A DNA stretch of 63,845 bases, filler included. It is 4 parts of 4 records of this genome, joined end to end, with 100 filler letters (N's around TTAATTAATTAA, not from the genome) between each part and the next. Parts side by side here need not be neighbours in the genome. Positions count along the whole stretch, not along the records: positions 38,261 to 58,335 come from SRR2962707_2174; positions 58,436 to 63,845 come from SRR2962707_2213; 2 more parts are not named here. One strand, given 5' to 3'. Both the position numbers and the translations under genes were made by a program. The notes below the pieces were generated by a model, which was not told where the DNA came from, did not search any database, and saw only the letters and a list, made by a program, of their open reading frames with translations. Within the stretch, counting starts at the first letter, position 1, and each line of letters begins with the position of its first letter. Below, one piece after another: positions 49,209 to 58,465 of this stretch.

Positions 49209-51196
49209 AGAGCTTCTCTTTTTGGCATGGTAATGCTAACCAATACTCCGCTTATATCTTCTCGGTTTTGGATGGAAAGTTTCGTTTCTTGATTGGGATA
49301 AAGCAACTCCAAGCGATCACTGGTTATTGATATCGCTTTAGAAGTATGTTGACCTGGACCACTTGTTTCTAATCCGTTACCATCATCCTGAATATGGATC
49401 AGCAGTTGGTTGCTTTCCATTTTAAAGGAAACATCAATGTGACCCTGTTCACGACCTTTGAACCCGTGCTCAAATGCATTTTCAATAAACGGCTGTATGA
49501 GAACCGGTGGCACCACTATGGTATCCACATCAATACCATCCTCCACCTGAATTTCATAGGTAACCATTGGGAATCTAATTTGCTGTACCGTAAGGTATTT
49601 TTCAAGTGTTTGAATCTCCTGTTCCAGGGTGATCCAGTCTTTTGAAGAGTGATTAAGAATATCACGTGTCAGCTCACTAAAAGTAGTCAAATAATCTGAC
49701 GCCACTCTTTTATCTCCTTTGAAAATAAAAGCATGAATGGAGGAAAGGGCATTGAACAAAAAATGAGGATTCATCTGTGATCTCAACAATTTTTGCTCTA
49801 TCAGCAGCTTTTGCTGAGCCATCTTTAGTGTTCTGTTGCGATAGAAACTGTATCCAATGACAACTGCCGAAACAAAGACGAAAGCTGAGATAATCAACAA
49901 AGCACGCTGCTGACGAATGCTCAATTCTGCGATTTGTTGTGCCTGTTCCAGGTTTACGATTTGTTGTTCCTTCTTCTCCGATTCATACTTAGTTCTCAGC
50001 TCTTCTATTCGATTAAAGTTCTCTTGACTAGCGATGCTATCCCTAAATGCAATGGATTCTCTGTGCAGGTTGTACGCTTCTTGCCAGTTTCCCTCAGCTA
50101 TGGCAATTTCAGAAAGTAAATTCAATGCATGCGCTGCGGTTTTTGGTATTTTAAGACGCTTCGCTATCTCCTTCGCTTCCAACAGTTGATTTTTAGCTTG
50201 CCTTTTATTGTCTCTTTCCAAGGACAACTCTCCAAGTGTGAGCAAGATATCTGCAACCATTTGCTCCGAACCAATCTCCCTGGCATAGGACATGGCTCGC
50301 GTGCTTTCTCTTTCTGCTTCATCCATTTGATCTTGCTTTCGAAAAATCAGACTTAGCATATTGTAGTCATTGACCAGCCCTCTTTTGTCGTCGATTTCCA
50401 CACCGATTGCAATGGCCTTTTTAATATAATAGAAGGCACTATCCAACTGATCTTCATAGGTATAATAAGTTCCAAGGTTACCATAAGAGCGATGCGCGCG
50501 TCGTTGATCTCCCATGGATTCTGCAAGCCTGGCTGCCCGAAACATGTACTGTTTCGCCAGCAACCCGTAGCGATTTCTTTCTTCTTCTGCACCTAATCGA
50601 TTGTCCGGTGAGCTTAATTCACCATAAGAAGCACTTAAATTCAAGTAGGATACGAGCTTCAGATCATCAAATTGATGCTCTTCAGCCAATCGCAAAGAAG
50701 CGAGGCTATACTCGATCCCTTGTTCGTAATCATTGGTTTGGTTAGAGATGTAAGCCTGAGAAGTATAAACAACACACTTTTTTCGATCCGCATTAAAATA
50801 AGAATGGGTACTGGCCTGATCTAAAAGTTCATGGGCACTTCGATATGCTTTCATCGCCTCCTTATATTTCCCCTCAGCACTGTTTATTCTTCCAATTCGA
50901 TAACGTGCCAAACCTGACAAGCAGAAATCACCTGCTTCGACTCCCAAATCAATGACTTTTAAAAATTGATCTAAACGATTTGAATCATTATTCAACCTTG
51001 CGCTGAAGTAGCTATGATAAGCTTTGGCTTTAACAGTCTTAGGGTGGTTGAGCTGATCAACATAAAAACGCAAGGAGTCAAGGTCATGACTATCCCAATA
51101 AGCACATTTTTTTAGTAGATGATCATTTTTATCATCGGTCAATTGTCCTAACGACCATATCCCCACGAATAAAAAAAGGAAGTAAAATCCTCTCAT
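49205..51196 (-). CDS. LytS-type sensor histidine kinase with periplasmic TPR repeats
   Basis: LRSQMNPHFLFNAL, QPFIENAFEHG, DDGNG; TPR-like helices; start placed at 51196 because a terminator lies at 51228-51256. Confidence 0.93.
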   Translation of the reverse strand: MRGFYFLFLFVGIWSLGQLTDDKNDHLLKKCAYWDSHDLDSLRFYVDQLNHPKTVKAKAYHSYFSARLNNDSNRLDQFLKVIDLGVEAGDFCLSGLARYRIGRINSAEGKYKEAMKAYRSAHELLDQASTHSYFNADRKKCVVYTSQAYISNQTNDYEQGIEYSLASLRLAEEHQFDDLKLVSYLNLSASYGELSSPDNRLGAEEERNRYGLLAKQYMFRAARLAESMGDQRRAHRSYGNLGTYYTYEDQLDSAFYYIKKAIAIGVEIDDKRGLVNDYNMLSLIFRKQDQMDEAERESTRAMSYAREIGSEQMVADILLTLGELSLERDNKRQAKNQLLEAKEIAKRLKIPKTAAHALNLLSEIAIAEGNWQEAYNLHRESIAFRDSIASQENFNRIEELRTKYESEKKEQQIVNLEQAQQIAELSIRQQRALLIISAFVFVSAVVIGYSFYRNRTLKMAQQKLLIEQKLLRSQMNPHFLFNALSSIHAFIFKGDKRVASDYLTTFSELTRDILNHSSKDWITLEQEIQTLEKYLTVQQIRFPMVTYEIQVEDGIDVDTIVVPPVLIQPFIENAFEHGFKGREQGHIDVSFKMESNQLLIHIQDDGNGLETSGPGQHTSKAISITSDRLELLYPNQETKLSIQNREDISGVLVSITMPKREAL

Positions 51197-51227
51197 CCAC
51201 CTAAGATAGGTGGAAGGCGAATAAATC

Positions 51228-51256
51228 AAAAAAGCCCGATAATTACTCACCGGGCT
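51228..51256 (-). terminator. Intrinsic terminator
   Basis: AGCCCG-N12-CGGGCT followed by a T-run on the minus strand. Confidence 0.6.
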
Positions 51257-51279
51257 CAATCAAATAATTAATGCTTAAT

Positions 51280-51975
51280 CTATCTCTTTATCTTAAATGC
51301 AACAACCTCTTTCGAGATATTGTAAAATTCATCGTATGCCGTCACTTCGACCTTAATCGTCTCATCTGTTATCGTAGAAAGCTCTTCCGTCAGATCAATG
51401 GTATGTAAATCATCGCTTTCCTTTTTTGGGCCTTCATTGATTTTGAAGGTCACTTTCTGGACAGCCACTTTCTCATCTGCAATTTCCAACATGACATGAA
51501 CACCGTCAGGTAAGACCGGCATTCCATCTTTGAAAGAAACTGGAGTGGCATTGAAGGAGGATTTCACCCTCGGTCCTTCTTTATCAATGTATACCATATC
51601 CATTCGGACCTGCTCCTGGTTTCCTTCTTTATCGACACTGTAGTATAACATCTTGTACTCTCCATCAGCCAGATCATGTGGCATCATTTGACGACCATCT
51701 GACTGCATGTAGGGAGAATCACCCACCTTGAAATAAGTAGTCTCAATACCTGAGCCTTCTTCTATTATTTTGAATTTGATACGAGTTGCAGGGCCGTACA
51801 CAAAATCTCCGGTATGTGTTCGCAACAAGTCAGTACGAGGGGCTACCAAATCTCCTTTTCCTACAGTACTCTCACTTGAATTGGATGGCCCGTTTTCTAA
51901 CGCCATCTGCGCATTTGATCCGAGACTTAATATGATGAACAAGAATGCTCCAAGGGTTTTAAGTGAGTTATCCAT
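51280..51975 (-). CDS. Secreted protein with Ig-like (OmpL47-type) beta-sandwich repeats
   Basis: Signal peptide; D..AP.T, GSGIETTYF, YYSVDKEGNQE, IDKEGP pattern. Confidence 0.65.
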   Translation of the reverse strand: MDNSLKTLGAFLFIILSLGSNAQMALENGPSNSSESTVGKGDLVAPRTDLLRTHTGDFVYGPATRIKFKIIEEGSGIETTYFKVGDSPYMQSDGRQMMPHDLADGEYKMLYYSVDKEGNQEQVRMDMVYIDKEGPRVKSSFNATPVSFKDGMPVLPDGVHVMLEIADEKVAVQKVTFKINEGPKKESDDLHTIDLTEELSTITDETIKVEVTAYDEFYNISKEVVAFKIKR

Positions 51976-52173
51976 CTAGCTATTGATTAATTGAATTTAT
52001 GCAAAGATGATGGATAGATCGGTGGATGAATATGCGTGAAAAAAAGGGATTTGAAATAGGTGATATGATTAGTTGCTCATCCGTAAGTTTTTGTCAAGTC
52101 AATTAATAAGTAGCTGATAATATGCTATTTACTAAAAAAACCTCAAGCATTAGTATCAGCCACAACTCTAAAA

Positions 52174-54632
52174 CTAACCGATGACCTCCCATTCAAGATT
52201 GCCAATGTACTTGTAAGCAACCTTGCCTTGTTCATTCATGGCGAAGAGATAAATCCATTGATTATCGCATAGATGGCGGATCGAGTCATGCTTTTCCAAA
52301 ATTTTACTCATTTCATCCACAGGCGCCTCAATGATCACATTCAGTCGCTGAGGTTCATGCTGATAGTTTTTACCATCGTGGACCGACTGCCAAGGTAATC
52401 CCACCCGCAAGTCTCCTGCAAATCCCTCCAGTACGCCGACTCCCCCCACTACATTATGTAAGGTTTTATTGCCTGACCCGAATTTCTTGTTGTCGACCGT
52501 GGAAGCAAAGTACTGGAGGTTGATCCAGCTGGTTACCACCATAGGGGCCGTCATGATCAGTTCCAGAACACTAAAATCCTTATCCTTTTTCCAGGAATAA
52601 TTGTGCATAAATGCTTTTGCGCCGAAGCTCAATTGAGAAGTGCGTTCTCGTGGCGCAACTATAAAAGAAGAGCATCCAGCCAATCCCCACTCCGGCCTCA
52701 CCTGCGACCAGTCTTTACTTCTCTTCAATATCTGCTTCTCAATATCTCCTTTCGTGATGTGCATCCTTGAAGCACGCTCTTTTCTCGAAGCTTCCCCTGC
52801 AAGTTTCAGGGCATATTTCAATTCATCCAGCACATGATCATTTTGAGAAAGAAAATCATCTGTCTTAAAAAGTGTGACATTGTCGGTGGTGGTATCATGC
52901 AAAGCCGGTACGAAGTTCGTCCTGCTTGGAATTTCTATGTCTATTTTGCGAAGTGCTATCCTCACTTCCGGATCGTTAAGCACTGCCGCTGCTACTTTTG
53001 CATTGGCTTCACCCGAATGTCCTCCACAAGCCCCACAATCTAATCCTGTAGCATGTGGATTATTTACCGTAGAAGAACCGTGCCCGACTATGAGAACAAT
53101 TGGTGCTAAATTCTCAGTAAGCGACATTGCCCTGAGCGCAGATGCTGCCATTTTTATTCGATCATCGAGGGAGATTCCCGCTACCTGATCTTTCCAGTTT
53201 TCCTGAGTTAGCCGTATGGTCTTACCTTCCACTTCACTCTTTGACAAGCCTTGATTATCCGGGTGAGTCACCGGACGTGAAAGTCCAAGGGCATCAGAAA
53301 GAAGTTTCGGCAGGAAGAAAAGCCCGAGAGGACTCACGAAACTAAAGCAGCTTATTGCGCCTTTCTTGATGGATTTCCAGGCAACTCCAACCTGAGCCTG
53401 GAGCGATCGTTTCTTTATGGCTTTTTGCTCCTCCGCTGCTGACTCTTTTATGGTATGCGAAGGTGAAAGCAATACCGGGCATTGATTCATTCCTTCATCA
53501 TGTGCCAGCGGCACGTATTTAACTGGAAAAGCAAAAAACCTGCAAAACCGAGCGTCTCAATTCGGTCATTGGCTGCTTCCAGATTTCTTCTGAAAAGTTC
53601 TGATCGTACATCTATGCAGAACACTGCCTGAACATTTGTTTTCTCTTTCGTGCCGGGAAAAGATTTCTGACTGTTAATCTTATCGATAATCGCTCGTTGG
53701 TTCGCAATGTCAAAAGCTTCCTGTAAAATAAGCCTGGTCGCAAAGGCTTCATTAAGCGCTGGTTTTGTAATATTTTTCTCTGTCTCTAACCTGGCCTGCA
53801 GCCAGGCGTAATCCATCTGTGGATACAAAAGCAGTTCCTTAAGGCACACTTCCCAAACCAACATCACAGTAAGGAACTCTTCGAGAGATTGTCCTTCATT
53901 ACCTTTCAATTTGGCCTCCCAGTCTATCCTGGCAGCAAAGCCTGCCCACCCGTTCATTTTGAGAAGGAGACTGCTCAGATAATATTCGAGAGACTCATCA
54001 TTTATTTCCAGTATCTCTAAAGCCCGTCCAGCCGCCTCCAGGTGATTGTTAGAGAAACTACGTACGAGCCCCCTGAAACCCTTCAGTCCCATTGCTTCTG
54101 GTGCAAAGTCAACTTCTGCCTCTTTTTTCCAGGCCGCAAATAATGAGGTGTTGGTGTCAGCAGTATCCCAGATGGCCTGCTTATTATCAAAATATGCGGT
54201 TGCCCAGAATGAGATGCGGTCAATCATGAACCTGTGCCACTTTTTGCCGTTCAGCTCACTTGCGACATCCGCCACCGTTTTGACATGAAATTCGTCAGAT
54301 GATGTCTCAATTGTGTGTAAATGATGGATGAATTTATTTGCATCCTTCTTTATACCATAATTATCGTGCTCCAGTGCCTTGGCGATATCTTCCCTTATAA
54401 TTCTTCCTTTTCGAATAGCATCCAGATAAAAACTAACAGGAAGTGTAGGCTTAATTTTTCCACTTCGATGAAGAAACTCCATGGCCTTACCAAACTTCAC
54501 ATCGGACATTCCGAGATATGGATTTACTGCCACGAAATTTTCCAGGGACCAGAGAGGAGCTATTTTGCTTGTGCCTTTTCGTAAGGCCTCTCGAATTTCA
54601 ACTTGATTGTTTGCTACTTGAGCGTTGATCAT
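52174..54632 (-). pseudogene. dabA: DabA/MpsB (DUF2309) inorganic-carbon pump subunit, split by a 1-nt frameshift at A6 53533-53538
   Basis: PLW..FVAVNP and FCIDVRSE in ORF 53487-54632; GHGS, DCGACGG, RPEWGLA, WINLQY in ORF 52174-53514; one extra T restores GFAGFFAFPVKY (819 aa). Confidence 0.9.
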
Positions 54633-54642
54633 GATATGTTGT

Positions 54643-56313
54643 TTAGTTGCTTAGAAGTATTTCTTTTTCAGGAATAGTCAATCTTTCATTCGGATTTTCC
54701 TCAAGGGATTCCATCTCTTCTTTCACCGCAAGATTTACCCACTTAAATTTTTCGTTTTTCAATGAACCGATGATTCGGTCAAAAATGACATTTGCATAGA
54801 GTCCGTTTCTAAGATGAACCCCGAGCCGGTATCCCAAAGCACTATCTTTGAATTTAAGCCTACTAATCTGGGCCAAAACGATCAGGGTGTAGATGGAAAC
54901 CAAAGCAATCGAGACCCATTGAATTGCCAATGCGGGTGTATTTAGTTCGGGTATTTGCGTATTAAGGAGAACTCTTGCTCCATCCTCGAAAGTGAAAAAA
55001 GATCCCAGTACGAGCAAGGCTATTCCTCCAGTCCATAGGATCGCTTTCCAATTACTCTTAGAATCCACGGTAGTTGCAATCACCTGACACAGTCCAAGTA
55101 CGATCACCACACCGACAATCATGAGACTGAAAGATTCATCTGGCCGGACATCCCAGAGGTAGCAAAAGGCCCCATACATAGCAAGTGCGAATACAATGCT
55201 TAATGTTATTCTCCATACGCTACCCATGCGTTCAGGAGTAAGAACTTTTTTAGCTCGCATTATCTCAACCACGCTACCAGAGGAAAGAAAAGCATGCGCT
55301 TTGTAAAATGAATGTGCCACCACATGTAGTATCGCAGCTGAGTATACCCCCAAACCACATAGGAGTAGTGAAAAACCCATATGTGCCACGCTGGAGTAGC
55401 CAAGTGATATTTTAATCGATGGCTGTGTGAGAAAAACCACTGAGGCAAACATGGCAGTGAAGCCTCCGATTATAATCAGCATCATGGATGCTGGAGTAGA
55501 TTCTATCATTAGAAACCCCAACCGGGCCATGAGAAAGGGGCCGGCATTCAAAAGTCCGGCATGTAATAGTGCTGATACAGGTGTTGGCGTTTCAACCACC
55601 TCGATCAACCATCCATGGGTAGGGAACTGGGCAGACTTTAAAACAGCAGTAATCACGAGAAAGATGCTTGCCCAGATCAGGAAACCATCAAGTACGCCGG
55701 CACTTTCAATATGTGCAAAAATCTGGGAAAGTTCTCCTGTGCCAGTAGAAAGGTAGATAAGCCAAATGGCTATTCCTAAACTCATATCACCTGCTCTGGC
55801 TACAATGAATTTTTTACGTGCCGCTGCTATGGCTTGTGGACGGTTGCGATAAAACACTAACAAATAATGCAGGCACACACTGGTGATGATCCAAAAAATC
55901 AGTATTTGAAAGAGATTTCCTGAAAGTATCAGCAACTCAACTGAAGCTATGGTTGTTGAGAGCCTGCTAAAAAAGACCGTCTTCCTTGAATCTCCATCTA
56001 AATAGTTGCGACTGAAATTTAGAATTACAAAGCCCAGAATGGATATCATCACAAACATGGTCACGCTGAGTGGGTCCAAACGCGTTGAAAACCCCAGCCC
56101 TTCATATCTTAAAAGTGTTGATTGAATGGTTCCATACTTAAATACAACTGCAGCGGAGATAAGCGAAACAGCGATCCCTACAACAGCGAGATAGATTGAA
56201 CTTGTTTTTATGTAATCCGAACTTCTGAACAAACCAGACCAACACACTAAAGCATACAAAAGCAATGTGAATGGAGCTATCAGAGGGAGAATGATTAGTA
56301 TTTGTTCCTGCAT
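54643..56313 (-). CDS. dabB: DabB/MpsA, NuoL/ND5-like proton-conducting membrane subunit
   Basis: KSAQFPTHGWL..ETPTPVSALLHAG, YSSVAHMGF, HSFYKAHAFL; 10 bp upstream of dabA. Confidence 0.92.
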   Translation of the reverse strand: MQEQILIILPLIAPFTLLLYALVCWSGLFRSSDYIKTSSIYLAVVGIAVSLISAAVVFKYGTIQSTLLRYEGLGFSTRLDPLSVTMFVMISILGFVILNFSRNYLDGDSRKTVFFSRLSTTIASVELLILSGNLFQILIFWIITSVCLHYLLVFYRNRPQAIAAARKKFIVARAGDMSLGIAIWLIYLSTGTGELSQIFAHIESAGVLDGFLIWASIFLVITAVLKSAQFPTHGWLIEVVETPTPVSALLHAGLLNAGPFLMARLGFLMIESTPASMMLIIIGGFTAMFASVVFLTQPSIKISLGYSSVAHMGFSLLLCGLGVYSAAILHVVAHSFYKAHAFLSSGSVVEIMRAKKVLTPERMGSVWRITLSIVFALAMYGAFCYLWDVRPDESFSLMIVGVVIVLGLCQVIATTVDSKSNWKAILWTGGIALLVLGSFFTFEDGARVLLNTQIPELNTPALAIQWVSIALVSIYTLIVLAQISRLKFKDSALGYRLGVHLRNGLYANVIFDRIIGSLKNEKFKWVNLAVKEEMESLEENPNERLTIPEKEILLSN

Positions 56314-56356
56314 TTAATTTGATTTTTTTGATGTGCTTTAAATATTATTCGATCGA

Positions 56357-56602
56357 TTACGTGCTACTCATCATCCTGTTTGCAGAAAAACTATTTGCAT
56401 CCCTCTGAAGAGAGGCGAGTGCAAAAGCCGCCAGGAAAATCACAGCAGAAAATGACCCGGCTAACGATCCATATATGAATCCTGCCTCGATGTAATCATA
56501 CGTTAATGACTGATTCCAAAGGTTGGAAAGGTAGGCGCCAATCTTGGCGCCTGAAGCCCCTCCAAGGACTAACCCTACTACTATGTATCTAAAAGTCTTC
56601 AT
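56357..56602 (-). CDS. Small 2-TM glycine-zipper membrane protein
   Basis: 81 aa; GLVLGGASGAKIG and GFIYGSLAG GxxxG helices; co-oriented upstream of dabB. Confidence 0.65.
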   Translation of the reverse strand: MKTFRYIVVGLVLGGASGAKIGAYLSNLWNQSLTYDYIEAGFIYGSLAGSFSAVIFLAAFALASLQRDANSFSANRMMSST

Positions 56603-56630
56603 GTTATTTCCTTATTTGGTTTAATTTCAA

Positions 56631-56993
56631 TTAGTCAGTAATCTCCACTTTTAAAGAGCGAGTGTAGGTGATGTTTTTTCCTAACTCTTCCGCCCTGAGT
56701 AAAAAACTATGAAGTGTCATCTGGGAAATCCCTTCAATTTCCAATTCAGAATCAGACAGCCGATTTACCTGCAGTTTTTCACCCTCACCCTTTCTCTCCA
56801 CTGTTGCGATAAAAAGCTCCTCTAATCCAGGAGTTTTCTCGCGTACCCTTCGTTTGAGATCCTCAGACATAGAACTGGTCCGCACATCGACTGTACCCAT
56901 GATCAGCGTTAGTTCATCATTCCTTTTATCTGATCGTGACAACTGATTTTGTCTTGACTCGGTATCTCGCATTGTTTTCATTAGAAAAGACAT
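56631..56993 (-). CDS. Hypothetical protein, first gene of the dab unit
   Basis: 120-aa soluble ORF, 28 bp from the next gene; divergent from LysR. Confidence 0.6.
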   Translation of the reverse strand: MSFLMKTMRDTESRQNQLSRSDKRNDELTLIMGTVDVRTSSMSEDLKRRVREKTPGLEELFIATVERKGEGEKLQVNRLSDSELEIEGISQMTLHSFLLRAEELGKNITYTRSLKVEITD

Positions 56994-57082
56994 ATCATTT
57001 TTTTACTTGACAAGGCGAAAATACGAGGGGTAATTCATTAAATTTTATTTAATTTTATTATGTATTACATAAATAATAATAT

Positions 57083-58006
57083 ATGAATTACACATTGCAT
57101 CAGCTCAGAATATTTCTTAAAGTCGCTGAATTACAGAGTATTACAAAAGCTTCGGAGGAATTACATTTAACACAACCGGCTGTATCAATTCAACTAAAAA
57201 ATTTACAAGATCAGTTTGAATTGCCCTTGACAGAAGTGGTAGGAAGACAGCTTTTCATCACGGATTTTGGAAAACATATGGCGGAAGCAAGTAGGCGAAT
57301 TCTCTTTGAGGCAGACAATATGCGATACACCATTGACCAATTCAAAGGCATAATGACCGGAGAAATAAAAGTATCAGTTGTGTCGACAGGGAAGTATGTG
57401 ATTCCATACTTTTTAAAGTCATTCATGGAAAAATATCCCGGGGTAAAAATCAATATTGATGTTTCAAATAAAAACCAGGTGGTGGAGAAATTGATCAAAA
57501 ACGAGAGTGATTTTTCACTCGTTTCTGTACTTCCGGCTGGCATTGATTTGAAAACTGTAGAGTTGATGGAAAACCGTCTTTTCCTTGTAGGGAGTAGCAA
57601 AGATCCAAATCCTCCCACTAGACTAAGTGATCTAAAAAAGGCAATGCTCGTCTTTCGGGAGGAGGGATCTGCAACAAGGAAAGCCATGGAGGAATACCTT
57701 GAAAAGAATAAAATCATCCCTAAAAAAAGTATGCAGTTAGTCTCAAACGAGGCAGTAAAACAGGCCGTTAATGCCGGAATTGGGTATTCCATTATGCCAC
57801 TTATCGGGCTTAGAAATGAACTGGCAAACAAAAGCTTGAATATTTACCAGTTGAAAGGATTACCCATTATTACCAATTGGAATCTTGTCTATAATAAATC
57901 CAAAAGGTTGACTCCCGCACAGCAAGAACTGATTAGGTTTATTACTGACAATAAAAAAAATCTAATAAAGGAGCATTTTGACTGGGCTGTTGAGAAGATC
58001 AGTTAA
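57083..58006 (+). CDS. LysR-family regulator, CbbR/CmpR-like
   Basis: YTLHQLRIF..TKASEELHLTQPAVSIQLK..LTEVVGRQL, VVSTGKY, REEGSATR, SNEAVKQAVNAG. Confidence 0.9.
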   Translation: MNYTLHQLRIFLKVAELQSITKASEELHLTQPAVSIQLKNLQDQFELPLTEVVGRQLFITDFGKHMAEASRRILFEADNMRYTIDQFKGIMTGEIKVSVVSTGKYVIPYFLKSFMEKYPGVKINIDVSNKNQVVEKLIKNESDFSLVSVLPAGIDLKTVELMENRLFLVGSSKDPNPPTRLSDLKKAMLVFREEGSATRKAMEEYLEKNKIIPKKSMQLVSNEAVKQAVNAGIGYSIMPLIGLRNELANKSLNIYQLKGLPIITNWNLVYNKSKRLTPAQQELIRFITDNKKNLIKEHFDWAVEKIS

Positions 58007-58039
58007 ACCATTTATCCCACCATTGAGATTGGAGGATTA

Positions 58040-58128
58040 CTCATACGCACGACCATACCGCACTTCCCCTCGTGAATGCTTCGCATTTACCTCATACGCA
58101 CTTCCTTGCCACACAGCCCCTCGTGAAT
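58040..58128. repeat. Degenerate two-copy tandem repeat, 51-bp period
   Basis: CTCATACGCAC at 58040 and 58091; CCCCTCGTGAAT at 58066 and 58117. Confidence 0.7.
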
Positions 58129-58197
58129 TCCGCTGCGCTCCATTTCGATCGCAGCGGCGAACCGCCCCGTAGGTTCTCATCCCTCAAAAAATGCATG

Positions 58198-58227
58198 AAA
58201 AAACCTCAATCGAGTAGATTGAGGTTT
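58198..58227 (-). terminator. tRNA terminator
   Basis: AAACCTCAATC-GAGTA-GATTGAGGTTT hairpin with a T-run on the minus strand. Confidence 0.75.
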
Positions 58228-58235
58228 AGAAGATG

Positions 58236-58310
58236 TGGGCGCTGAGGGATTCGAACCCCCGACCCCCTCGGTGTAAACGAGGTGCTCTGAACCAACTGAG
58301 CTAAGCGCCC
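58236..58310 (-). tRNA. tRNA-Val (anticodon TAC), CCA not encoded
   Basis: GGGCGCT/AGCGCCC acceptor stem, TAGCTCAGTTGG D-arm, CCTCG-TTTACAC-CGAGG anticodon arm, GGTTCGAATCC T-arm. Confidence 0.97.
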
Positions 58311-58326
58311 TTCCTTAAAAGGACTG

Positions 58327-58334
58327 CAAATTTA
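58327..58334 (-). promoter_or_regulatory. Bacteroidota -7 promoter element
   Basis: Minus strand TAAATTTG matches TAnnTTTG, 16 bp upstream of the tRNA. Confidence 0.7.
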
Positions 58335-58335
58335 G

Positions 58336-58435
58336 NNNNNNNNNNNNNNNNNNNNNNNNNNNNNNNNNNNNNNNNNNNNTTAATTAATTAANNNNNNNNN
58401 NNNNNNNNNNNNNNNNNNNNNNNNNNNNNNNNNNN
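58336..58435. other. Artificial contig linker
   Basis: N44-TTAATTAATTAA-N44. Confidence 0.98.
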
Positions 58436-58465
58436 AGCAGTAGCAGCAGCAGTAGCAGCAGCAGT
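58436..58465. repeat. (AGC/AGT)n microsatellite at contig start
   Basis: Ten AGY triplets. Confidence 0.85.

Noticed and set aside
58040-58128. Mini CRISPR array
   Set aside because: Only two units, conserved blocks of 11-12 bp, and no cas genes on the contig
52174-58310. Integrative island at tRNA-Val carrying dabBA
   Set aside because: No integrase, and I saw no direct repeat of the tRNA 3' end on this contig (searched by eye only)
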